The position numbers were made by a program, and so were the translations under genes. Positions 50,101 through 62,361 of a DNA stretch of 64,000 nucleotides are shown here, in pieces. The notes under the pieces were generated by a model. The model was not told the DNA's origin. It made no database searches and saw only the letters and a program-made list of their open reading frames with translations. Source of the DNA: Chrysemys picta bellii (lineage: Eukaryota); NCBI RefSeq assembly GCF_011386835.1, contig NC_088795.1:37882001-37946000 (forward strand), given 5' to 3'. Position 1 is the first letter of the stretch, and every line of letters starts with the position of its first letter.

Positions 50101-52519
50101 TTATGTAGGTTCTTGAACCTTCCTCTGAAGCTTCTAGTACTGGCCACTGGCAGAGACTGAGTTCCAGAGTAGAGTTTTTCAATAGAAACGTTTTTTTGGT
50201 GAAAAATGTGCCACCAAAACAGTTTGTGAATTCATGTTAATTTTGCCTTATTGTTTCAGTCAAAAAAACCCAAAGCCTAAAATAATTTTTTTTAAATGTC
50301 AGTATGTCAATAGTTCTGCAATGAAATGTTTAAACTTTCTGATTCAGAACTAAGTTTTGTTTTGAAATTTCCTTTAAATTTTTTATTATTATAAATGTTA
50401 AATATGCTCAGAAATGAAATAAAATTTCAAAGTTTTGTTTCAGTCTGAAGTAATTGTTCATTTGACCCCAAACAACAAACAAACAAACAATGTTCAGCTC
50501 CTAGCTCTGCCACCTTCTTTTGTGATCTTATATAAATCCCTTATTCTCCCTCTCTCTGCATTCATCTGTAAAACTGAGACTATTCTACCTTTGATATGGA
50601 TAAGAGAACCCACATGGCAGTTCTGGGGAGAACATACTGGGTAGTGCCAGATGTACTGTCTGTCAGACATCAGTTTTTTCGTACCTGAAATGACAGCTGC
50701 AAGAATGGTGACAGAAAGGTGACACTGCCTGTTATTACATTGAGCCTGCCACTACTCAACATGCCAAGAAAATGAAAAATGCTAAGTGAGGTGAAAGCAG
50801 AACAAGGGCTACAATCTACAGGCCGTTTCCTATATTTTCACTTTGTAGTACATTTACTTGTCAAGAGCCCCACAGGTGGTATAAAGGAACTGTGTTGAAT
50901 TAGTCTTCTGTAATAAACTGGGGATATGTAAGTAACACTATTCTAATTGCAAAAAATCACTGCACATGGCAAATGCGTAATGTCTGCAGAGGTGCTCTGA
51001 ACTACTCTATGAATACCAAGACCTCACAATATTATCAGTGCACCTGCAATGAATCCCTAATGACAGCTTACAGAAAATAAGTATCCCTCTACCTACATTT
51101 TGTGCTCATTAGCCAAAGATTTCCATCTGCGTTAGTTAAGGACACTGGCAAACATCTGATCTAATTCCTTGATGCCTTTCCTCCTGAAAATAGCAAAATG
51201 GAACATATGTTTCCAAATGTAGGTTTTTGACATCTTGTGTGTTTTTTAGATAACTGGGAATGGTATAGCTCTCTATAAAATTAGAAGATGTAGAATGCTA
51301 TCACACTTGAATGGAACTAGACTTAACTAAAACCATGATGAATAAATATATTTCAAGCAGAAAAGGGTGTACACTCTCAATTGCTACCTAAATTGTTTTA
51401 AGTCTGGAAAAAATTATAATCTGCTCTTAAAAAAGAGTTAAAGTTAAAATAGGGAAAATTAACATAAATGGAAATAGGTGTTTTGTAGCAATAGATGGCT
51501 AGATTGATATTTCAGCAAATAACTGTTTGCACAGAAATAAGAATCCCCTGTTTGCTAGTGTGACAGATGTTTACCATACAAATTCCTGCAATATGTGTCT
51601 ATCCTTCACTGCCCCCTACATCCACCTGCTGCACGAAGTAAAAGAATCAACTATTAAGAATGCAGAGAAGGTACTCACTGTGATGGTCTTAATGTTTCGG
51701 ATTTGAGGGAAAATATATAAAATGGCACCACTAAAAGTTGTACATTTATCACCAGATGTAGTTAAGTTTCACATAATAATTCCCATTCTAAATATAGGCG
51801 ATATTGTGACTATCATGGGAAAGGTAAATATTTCAGGGCAAACAACGTACTTTTTAAATCATGTTCATTGTATAGGGACTGCACCTGTTTCCATTGATTT
51901 CATCTTGAGCAGAATGAATCCCACACAGTACTACAAGAGGAGGAGCAGTGACATCTATGTTAAACCTGCCTGGCACTTTCCATTCTAAAAACTCTTGAAG
52001 CACTCTAAAGACTCCATGTTTTATGTGGGACTTTGAAATTGGGCAGGGAGATAAACCTGGAGCAAGGGAGGTACTTTTTGCTAGTCTCATGTAAATCTAT
52101 TCAGATTTTGCCAAGTCAAAAGCTGTCAACAATCACAATTTTCTTTCTCAAGTTTGCATAGCACAGCTTGCTTTTGGCACAGCACATACGCCACCCTGGT
52201 GTCTTGCTTCAAAATTTCACACACAGCACACATTCCAGGCAGAATATAGACAAAATGGAGGAAAAAAGGAGGAAAATGCTTATTTCCCCCCTGCTGTAGT
52301 TCCTTCATTAGACTATCTTTTGGTTTAGTGGAAATGCCCTGTGCTGGGAGCCAGGATATTGTGAATTCTAGACTCCGATCTTCTATTTAAAATGGGATTC
52401 ATATCCCACTGAGAGATTACATAAACTGGGACTAGACTCCACATCAACCCTCACAATTAGTCTACCTTGTCTCTGAAAGTGTCCAGTACCAGCTGCTTTA
52501 GAAGAATATTCTGGAATCC

Positions 52520-53030
52520 TTCCATAAGCATTTATAGGATAATCTGCCCACAGGGAAATTTTCTTCCTCATTACTTACACTTTGGCTTATGCTCTTAAGC
52601 AAGAGGGTTTTATAACACTTGAAATTTTTTTGTTAATCCTGAGTATTGTAACTCTAAGTTCTTGTTATCCATATACATGCCCATTCCTGTCTTGAACCCT
52701 GCTAAGCCTTTGGCTTCAATGGTATCTTGTGGCAATGAATTCTACATATGCATGCATTGTGTGAAAAAAGCTTTTCCTTTTATTGGTTTTACATTTGCTC
52801 CTTTTCAGTTTAATTGAATCTATACTTGTTCTAGTATTATGAGAAAGGTAGGGAACTTCAATTCACTCTAACTACTCTATACCATTAATTTCTATCATAT
52901 CCCTTCTTACCTACTTCCTCCATAGAGTTAACAGTTCATCTTTTCATTCTCTTCTCATATGCAAGTTTTTCCATACCACTAAATCATTCTTGTCCCTCAT
53001 TTTTGAACTGCTTCCATTTTTTTTTGGTAA
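52520..53030 (-). mobile_element. Old CR1 fragment
   Basis: cagggaaattttcttcct...ggcttcaatggtatcttgtggcaatgaattc resembles the reverse complement of a CR1 3' region. Confidence 0.6.
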
Positions 53031-54744
53031 CATACACATACATAAGAGGTAAGTATGATAGGTACATCATATATAAGAGCTAGGTATTATTGTAATTAAT
53101 ATCAATAATAATAATTCTGTTTATTTATTTCATCAATTTTATATAACACATTCAAATGTTATGATAAGGAGAACATATGACCTGGTTTTCTGAATTAATC
53201 TGTGTACTTAAAGGTTGGAGGTAACAATAAAGAAGAAAGCTTTTAACTCAACAATGAATATGCAGTGCTGAATAGACTTAGAGATGTACTGCTGATAATG
53301 TATTTGTCACCATACATTTGAACCCAATTGTCAAACTTGCTCTGATGGCTTAGAAAACAACCTAGTGTATTCACTTTCCAAAGAAGTTTGTAAGCAATCT
53401 ATAGGCTGTCGGAGGAGTAAATTAGTGGCTGCAGTAAGGTACTTTCCCTCTTGAGTAAAGGGGAACAAGAGAAAGAACTGTAACTCACTGAGTCACAATT
53501 TCTTCTCAGGGCTGCACCTGCCCCTTTTATAAGGCTGGAAATTAGGTCTCAAACTAGCCCTAAATCTGTTAATCTGTTTTCAAGAAAGAGCACTCCTGTT
53601 GCTTGGGGTCTCTGGATCCTGAAGCCCACTTTGAGAAATAATTATTAAACCCATCATTGAATAATTCAAAGTAACGAATAAATTCCTAAAAATCCAAGTC
53701 TATTTGCAGATAATTTAGAAACAGAAAAAGGGCTAAATAAGTTAAATAAATTATTTACTACAAATAATTCACCCAACTCCAACCCTAAAGAGCAGTGAGC
53801 TGGGGAAGAGACCTGATCTTTGTTACATAAGGTACAATACAGGCTGGCAACCCAAAGGCATCTTTCATTTTATATAAACAAAGCTGTAATCCAATAGCCA
53901 AGGAAGGTCACCAGTCTGCTGCCAGAGCCTACTTGTGCCTTGGCAGCAGTAACAAAGCACATCCAAACAAATGGAACATCATCAGGACATCATGTACCAG
54001 GGATGTTGCTATAATAGCGTCCTACACTCACTGGCCCCAATTCTGAAGCCTGACGAGTTGCACGTGATTCAGAATTGTAAGGAGATGGCAACTAAAGAGT
54101 TTTATACTATATCTGTAGTTCCCTGATCTGATCCTAGGGCCATCTTGGGGGCCAATTTGGTCCCCTACACAGCTTGAGCAGTCTTGAGCTGGCTCGAAGT
54201 TACACTGGTTAACAATGGTTCCCAAGCAGCACTCTGGCCTGAACTGTCAATAAGGTAGGGGGCTAAGGGAACAAGCTACACCACTCGTAGTTTTCCTCAT
54301 GCCAGGAGACTCCACAATTAGCCTTTTAGGCCAGTTTTATGGTCCATTATCCTGTTGGAATGGCACAGAAGGCCTGGAGTGAAGTCCAGGGCCTGGCATT
54401 CAGCATAGGTATAAATGACTCTATAGGGTACAAGGCAGAGAAGAATCAGTTCCCAGGTGGGGTTTATTTTCCTACACTCTGCAGTTTGTATGATGTATTT
54501 GTTAATTTTTCTAAATGTAACCAGACATCTCATTAATACCATTAATGTGAAGCTATTGGCCAGCACTTTTTGTCAAGATTCTTGCTCTGAGAATAAATGA
54601 TGGGCAAATAATAGGCCATGTAAAACTTGAGAAGCCAGCGATCCTGTAGGAGCTATGTGCCTGTTTAGGATTAACCTACATCATTCAGTTTGTTGAAATC
54701 CCAATTCCCCTAATGAAGGAACCTGTATGGATGCAAAGAAATAC

Positions 54745-54846
54745 CTGGATTTCTTCTTCAGACCTATTTTCACTGTTGTGCTGAGCCAGCATTAATTTCA
54801 TTTCTTCAGGTTTTTGGGAAACAATCATCTTTATGGATTTCATACC
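54745..54846 (-). CDS. EFCAB14-like gene exon (102 nt, phase 0-0)
   Basis: Strong acceptor ttttttttccttcttcatgattttag| and donor cag|gtattt. Open frame GMKSIKMIVSQKPEEMKLMLAQHNSENRSEEEIQ. Confidence 0.75.
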
Positions 54847-55428
54847 CTAAAATCATGAAGAAGGAAAAAAAAATCAGCAACATTGCTCACAACTATGGAA
54901 ATCTCCTGATGTAATTTCCATCATCAGCCCTTAGATAGCTATGCTGGAATATAAAGACATATACACCAGACTCTGCCCTAGTGCACAGCCTGCCTGGATC
55001 AGTACTCTGGAAACACAGGAGAGAGAAAGCTCCGTAGGGTTTTCTCATCTCCCCATGCCCTTGGATCTATTCTCCTCCCCTAAAATACTGGTCAGAAGAG
55101 CAGGAAATGAATGGCTGCAGTATGGAACTTTCTCTCTAGAGGAAGGGGGAACAAAAAAAAGAACTGTAACTCCCTGATTTACAATTCCTCCCCAGGGCTG
55201 TTCCTGCTCCTTCTATAAAGCTAGAAATTAGGTCTCAAACTAACCCTTAATTTTTAAATCTGTTTTCAAGAAAGAGCACTCCTGTTGCTTGGTGCCTCTG
55301 TATCCTGAAGCCTATAGCAATAATTCAATGAAGACTAAATTTCCTGGGGATCAAAATTACAGTCCCTTGAGAGAACTGTAACCTCTGGAGCTAACCTCTG
55401 GAGCCAGCTAACCTCTGGAGCCACTTAC

Positions 55429-55542
55429 TATTATTTCTAACACATCAACTCTTTGTCTCAGGGAGACAGTGTCCTCAATGGAAATATCACTTCTGGGGTC
55501 TTTGGCTTCGGGAGTGGATGGCGATGGTTTCAATTCATCAAC
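55429..55542 (-). CDS. EFCAB14-like gene exon (114 nt, phase 0-0)
   Basis: Acceptor gttgtcaattag| and donor |gtaagt. Open frame VDELKPSPSTPEAKDPRSDISIEDTVSLRQRVDVLEII. Confidence 0.72.
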
Positions 55543-56678
55543 CTAATTGACAACAACATTTATCAGCCATTATTTCCCTGTTATGAAACATCAAAGCTGG
55601 CAAACAGCTCTGATGTCCCTCTCAATGAGACAGGTGTGCTTTTCTCAACTATAGAGATGGATTAATCAACGTAGAAGTTGTTGCACAGTGCCAGGGTCAC
55701 AGATTCTGAGATTGCATGGAGGCCTTCTCAGTGGAAGCAGAGATTATCATGGGGATGTTTTCACAGTTTTGCAGAGCGTGCAGGAGCTCCTATTCTGATG
55801 ATCAGAGAGTTCTGTGTTCAACTCTCTTTGGCAGAGGGGATATGTATGTGTGATGGTCTATTTTCCCATAGACTCACAGAATTTACATGGTCGATTTGCT
55901 TCCATTATCGATGAAAGGAATTTCATGAACAATGCCCTGTGTATTAATAAGAAAAACAGAACCCTTTTTGTTTACCCTCCCTGAAAGTAAATTTAATTCA
56001 GATGAATCCAGGGGACGATCCTCATGCTCCTAGGAGTACAGAGAGCTCCAAGATGGCAGAGAGGAGGCAGGGAAATGGATCTCCAACATCTGTGCACTGG
56101 CCTGTAGAGACATACACCCACTCAAGGCTGCACCCAGTGAAGGGTATAGCAGCCTTGAGTGGGTGTCTGTCTCTACAGGCCAGTGAAGGGTATAGCAGGA
56201 GAGCGTTGCCTCTGCATTCCTATCACTCTGAATGCCCACTAGTGCTTCCCTTAGGACTTCATGACTCTAAACTGCCCCAAGACTGGCCTGTGCCTATAGA
56301 TGCAATTAAGCCCTTAATCTGCAAGCTTCTAAGAAACAATGGAAAGTAAAACCAACAGTAAGAATAAAGGAAGCAAAGTACTATACACTATCGTTGAAAA
56401 TATCTTCAAAATATGTTTTAATCACCAATGCAATTACAGCAAGGCCTTATTCTCCATTCATCAGAGGCAGTTGTATTGACTTTACTCATTTGGCTTTGAT
56501 TTACCCTGATTTATGTGAGACCCAAGATCTTTTTGAAGATTATTTTTACCAGCATAGTGATTCAAGCCCTTTACATTAATTAAGTACATTCACACTTCCC
56601 ACCCATCTATTATGTCTTCTGTGCAATCAACTATTCCCCAGTAGAAATCTAGTATGGAATTCATGAATTCATCTTTAC

Positions 56679-56743
56679 CTTCTGGCTTAGGTCTTTTTGT
56701 CTGGATTCTCCTCTGCTGTTTGTTTCCACGTCCTTCTGCTCAG
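56679..56743 (-). CDS. EFCAB14-like gene candidate exon (65 nt, phase 1-0)
   Basis: Acceptor acatttcag| and donor aag|gtaaag. Encodes xEQKDVETNSRGESRQKDLSQK, in phase with the 55542 exon. No clear sequence similarity supports it. Confidence 0.5.
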
Positions 56744-58411
56744 CTGAAATGTTGTTTAGAGTGGATATTTTATTTAAGAAAGGAAAACAATATGTTTCAA
56801 ATAATTTTCATAAAATTGGATGCTGCATGAGCTAGAAATGTTTTCTCAAAGCCATACAAGATGCATATAAACATGTGGAATTATTTAAGGCTTTTAATGT
56901 TTATCTATAGCTAGAACAATATGAGATAAGCCAGAGAGAACAGCTTAATATGTTCCAAGTGTTCACATCCAAAGAAGGGTGCTTTTACAATTTCATGTGC
57001 ATATGTGTAACAGAGACTATTTTTCTTTCATTCATATGGAAATTTCTCCTTGAATAAACTGAAAATCCAACACATCAGAAACTTTTTCCAAGCAAAGTAA
57101 TTTAATTCCCACAATACTTTAAAATAGCCTTTGCTACATTACATTGAATGATGATAATCAATGATCCCAACAGGAAATAATTAGACACAGCAGAAGCTGA
57201 AGTCAGACAAACTGGAACTGAAGGTGTGAGAGGATCCTATAGCTTGTGGCTGCTTTAAAACAAACAAACAAAAAATCACAGCTATGCAAAAAACTGCATA
57301 GGATACAAACAACTTATTGGACTGAGATGCATCGACAGAAACATGCAGAGAAAGTTGTGTAGGCCTTGCACAACATTATACCTAGCTCAGAACAGTGCTA
57401 TTCGACCCACACTTCCATGAGCGCTAACTTCGCCAATGAACAACAGCACAAATGATGCATGGGATAACTTTTCTTTCAATCAGATTTCAGCATTTTTCAG
57501 TGCTAAAACACGTCTATGCATTCCTGTGGGCTAACAAAGAGACGGAGAGAGGAAAAACAAGACAAACAGATGGACAGACCCTAAAAGCAGCACATAACTA
57601 TGAGAGAGAATACTGCATGTTCCCCTATCATGCTTGAAGGGGCTCCATTGGTTTAGGGAATGTCTATCAGCATCTGAGTGGTCTGGCAGGAAACAACTAC
57701 TATTTATCCTTCTACCTACCTATTAGTAACATACCAATCACTGTAGTATTTAAGACCCTAATTCAGTGAGGTACTTAAGCATATGTCTAAAGTTAGTATA
57801 TTTCTAACTTTAATTTTTTAAACCCATTGACTTTTAAAGCTCATTGAAATTTAAGCACATACTTGATGTTAAGCACATTCTTAAGTGTTTTTCAAAATTG
57901 GAGTCTAGGTGAATTTGTTCCTGTATGTTAATACATGACTAATGGGATGAACTGTAAACATGCTTATCATCTGCAATGTTTTAAATATCAGGCAGAGGCA
58001 GCAAAACATAGTTCATTTCAGTATTGGCAGAGACTTACCCTGGAAAAAATCTCTCTTTAAGGTGAGTACTTAGATTTAAAACTATCAGGTGTGGTAAGTA
58101 TGGATCGGATCCTAAACCACTGAACACTCACAGCATGGATAAAATTTGGATCCACATCCAAATGTTGTGTCCTGGGTCATTCTGTATATGTGTGTGGGTG
58201 TGCTATAAACCTCCTTAACATTGTCCCCATGATACCACCTACTTGTAAATCATATGTACTGCTAAAGCTCTAACACATTCTCTTCTATTAAGAGGAAGAC
58301 GGTATAGCTGTTTGTCCTTTGTTTTTAACACTTGAGTGCCAGAAATTTTGTAGTGTTCTGATGGCACTGTAAGGAAATGATAGACAACACTTTCTTTAAT
58401 GTGAATTTAAC

Positions 58412-58499
58412 CTGCCAGATATTGCAATTCCATGCTGCACTGATACATGCCAGGGATGGGAGGAATATATAACAGAAAATACATATAGAGAGTACAGTT
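58412..58499 (-). CDS. Tentative transmembrane exon of the EFCAB14-like gene (88 nt, phase 2-0)
   Basis: Moderate splice sites (caaatcag| and cag|gttaaa). Encodes (R)TVLSICIFCYIFLPSLACISAAWNCNIWQ, with loose similarity to the Cys-rich EFCAB14 TM segment. T-rich intron DNA can give such peptides by chance, and its phase does not fit the 56743 exon. Confidence 0.2.
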
Positions 58500-58888
58500 C
58501 TGATTTGCAAAATAGTCTTGATATTTCATATTAGGCCCAAATTCACGAAGGAAGTTAAACGTGCATAATGTTAAGCACATGAGTGTTCCTATTGATATAA
58601 AGAACCCACTTGCTTTAAGTTAAGCAGGTACATAACTACTTTCCTGAACCAGAAGTTTTGTTTGGAAAATGGAGAAAAAATATAAAAATTTGCATTTAAA
58701 AAAAAAGTGACTTTGTAAAGAGGACCAAACACTGCAGTGTTTATTCTGTGGCTCTTCAAGATAAACCTCCCCTGATTTCAAGGGGAATTTTGCTTATTTA
58801 AGAAGTAGGAGCAACAAGATTTGGTAAGACAAAATCACCTGGCAAAAGTATAAAGGAGAATGGGTACAATAAGATAACAAACTGGAAC

Positions 58889-59484
58889 CAGGGCTGGCTC
58901 TAACTTTTTTGCCGCCCCAAGCAAAAAAAAAAAAAAAGAGCACCACCCTGCCGTAACACCCCTCCCTGAGCGCCACGCCGAAACACCCCCCCCCGAGCGC
59001 TGTGCCTCCAAAACACCCCCCCAGCGCTGTGACGCCAAAACACCCCCGAGTGCCACACCGCGCCGCCAAAACACTGCCCCCAGCGCTGCGCACCACGCCA
59101 CCGAAACACCACCCCCAGTGCCACACCGCCAAAACACCCCCCCCGAGCGCCGCGCCGTGCTGCCAAAACACCCCCCGAGCACCGCGCCATCCTGCCGAAA
59201 CACCCCCCCAAGCACCGCCCTGCCCCGCCGAAACACCGCCCGAGTGCTGTGCTGCCGAAACACCGCCCGAGTGCCGCGCCACGCTGCCAAAACAAAAGCC
59301 CACCCCCCGAGCACCGCCCAGCTGAAACAAAAACAACAACAAAAAACCTCGAGCGCCACCCCGCCGAACAAAAAAAAAACAAAACAAAACCCTGAGCGCC
59401 CCCCGCCACCCCAAAATTGGCTGCCCCTTACAAGGTGCCTCCCCAAGCACGTGCTTGGTTGGCTGGTGCCTGGAGCCAGCCCTG
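58889..59484. mobile_element. hAT-type MITE, CAGGGC(C/T)GGCTC family, with an expanded internal GC-rich minisatellite
   Basis: TIRs cagggctggctc / gagccagccctg and perfect TSD actggaac. Repeated ccgaaacacc...gagcgcc units explain the 107-245 aa ORFs here. Confidence 0.93.
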
Positions 59485-62346
59485 ACTGGAACAAATCCAA
59501 TTATCTCACTAAAGCTCATTATTCTTTTCAAATTAAAGGAAAAATTCTCCCTTTTTCAATTAAGTCATCTCATTTCAGTGAAGATTTTCTTTTTCTTTTA
59601 AAAGAGTATTAAATACATGCTCAGCCTCTGCTAATTTGATCCCATGAAGTGCACAGAAAGATTTTATGAAGTCTGAAAGACAAATGTATGAACTCATAGC
59701 CTCTGAGAGCCACAGCAGGAGCAGAGGGAATGGTGGATTTTCCTTCGACCTTTTTATCCGCTCTGTAGGTGGCGGTTCCATTGATGGGAATTAATACAGA
59801 GAGTTGCTAGCGATGTGAAACTAATAATTCAGAAAGGCAAAGAAAGGAAAGAAGAAATAATAGCATTGTCCCTTGCTCATGGAAATTTTGCAGACCGCTT
59901 CCTAAATTACATCCATTATATGATTTACTTGGATCTCTCCTTTTATCTAGAGTCATCAGGATCAAAACAGTAATAAAGCTCTGTTCACAAGAGCCACAAA
60001 GCTGACTTTGTTCTGAGAGTCCATCTTGAATTTCTGCTTGGTCATAGTCAGTGAACAATTAAACACAATGAGAATCTCTGCTTTAGTAGAGAAGGACTGC
60101 TGGACCCCTGTTCGTCTGAAGGCTGGTACTATTTTGAGTCTTGTGATGATGCAGAAGGATTATGCAACCCCCACCACACTTCACCGCACACAAACACATT
60201 TCCAAATGGCTAACTTCACTGGCAGACTAAAATTATGCTGTAGCTGAAGAAAACAGAATGAATATGTTTACAGTGGGTGAACCTATAAACTATACATATT
60301 GTAGGCAAAGGGCGGGGTGGGGGAGGTGTCACACAATGTTTACAGGTTTTCTGAAAACTCATGACAACTTCACATAGATTGTTCAGAATTTGCATTTGAC
60401 CAATTTAAGCATTCAGTTGCTACTCCCTGTGTCAGGCTCCCACAGGGTCCTTGTCCCTGTAAGGTGATCAGATGGAGTTCAATATGGAAAAGAGCATAGG
60501 AATTCTGTTCTCTGTTTTTCTTTTAACAAATCATTGTAGAAGAAAGATAACAGGCTTGATTATGCTCTTGCATTAGTGTAAAGTAAAAGTAACTCCATTC
60601 AAGTCAATGGGCCTGATGTCAATAGCAGTTACTTGTATTTTGAGGGGGCAGAATCGGGTCCATTGGACTTACACTGCTGTCAGCAAGAGCAACAATAGGG
60701 CTATCATGTTTGACAAGTCCTGACACATATGGGTAAATAGAAAAAACTGCATTGGATGGAAGATTCATCAGATCTCTCTATGAACCATTATACAATGAGA
60801 CTAGTGGGCAGCCTCTAAATAGGAAAGCCCTCTAACTAGTACAGCATATTAGTATATAAAAAGTGAAATCAGGATATCTCCCTGTCAGTTGACAAGTCTT
60901 CCAGTCAATACAACCTAACTGTCTTTATGACAGCTTATAACATAAGGGAAGCTATTTACAAATTTAATTCTGAGTATTCAGAGAAAAAGGTGGTGATTGT
61001 GAAGTCCAGGGTTCAGATTTTCTGTTGCTCTGCACCTTGGACAGTTATTTACATCAATGCAAAGTAGGTATCAATTGTTGCCACTCTGATTTAGTAGGTT
61101 TCACACACATTAGGCACATGCAGTAAAAGACAATGGGAGATCTGGCTCCATTTGTATTAGTACTAGGTAGTTTTTCTTGTTTTAAAGCCATTTCATAGGA
61201 ATACAGAGTTCATTATTTATTTGTTGGCATGCAAGTGCTTGGAATTTTACACCAAAATGATACTATGAGCCCAGTTCTGATTTCACATGTCAGTGTAAAT
61301 CAAAAGTAGCTCTAAAGAAGACAATGCCATTATATCAGGGTGAGACTTGAGTAAATAAGCTCAGGGTCAGGCCCAGTGACTTTAACATATTATGATATTA
61401 CCAAGTAACTTGGCATAGTCTGACATTATCAGGAATAAACTGATGTGTGTTCTGTCCCTGACAGTGATCTGAATGTAGGTAGATTTCTTAGCAAAGTGAC
61501 TTCCTGACAAGCCTTTGGATAGTTCTCAAGAGAAGCCCCAGAGTTACCTTGCACAATCTGATTAAAATGATCTCCTGACAGTCATCTGCAATTACAGCAC
61601 ATTGGGTACAGGCAGGGGATCTAGGTTTATGTCTATGGAGCTCTATTATGAGTCAGCATATTAGAACAGGTTAAGCCTAACATTTTATCTATGCCCTAAT
61701 GCTGCATCACCATTTTTTTCTTTATGATACTGACTCCTTTGCTCACTGAACAGCCACTGAACTCTATAGGAGCTGATGAGGGGTGGGGTGGGGAGCCACC
61801 AGCTTCTTGCTGGACTGTCATCAACAAGTATCCTGATCCTGACATTTCTCTTCACTTGGAATCAACTGCTGGGTAGTGCATGGTGTAGTTAGCACACCAC
61901 AGAGCCAGCCTTCAGTCTGTAAAACCGTATTTTTGATGATATTGTGTGCTGATAATTTAGGAAATGTGCAAGTGCAGATGTTGCACAAACAGGAAGGAGA
62001 GAAAGATTGCTGATAAAACTCTTCATTACATCTCCCAGTCACACACTGCATCTTCATGCTACATGGCCAATGCTCCTAGCATGCTGCATAGGCCAACATT
62101 TTCAAGCGTAGGTACCTAAAGGTAAGCACTTAAATAAAAATGTCCCATTTTCAAGTGTGTGGAGAGCTTATAATTCTCATTGACTTAACTGGGAGCTGTG
62201 AGTGCTCAGTATCTTGGAAAACCAAGTCACTTTTATTTAGATGCTTAAATATGAAGTTATGAGCATGATTTTAGGCACCCACATTTAAAAATGTTGGTCT
62301 TAATGATCACTGCACTTATTACGAAACACAAGATAAATTTATTCAG

Positions 62347-62361
62347 CCACAAGATGGCACT
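62347..62361 (+). promoter_or_regulatory. CTCF-like motif CCACAAGATGGCACT
   Basis: Close match to the CTCF core. Motif match only. Confidence 0.4.

Noticed and set aside
58794-59612. Longest ORFs in the window (107-245 aa, both strands)
   Set aside because: They are Gly/Arg/Ala/Pro-rich products of the stop-poor GC minisatellite inside a hAT MITE with TIRs and TSD.
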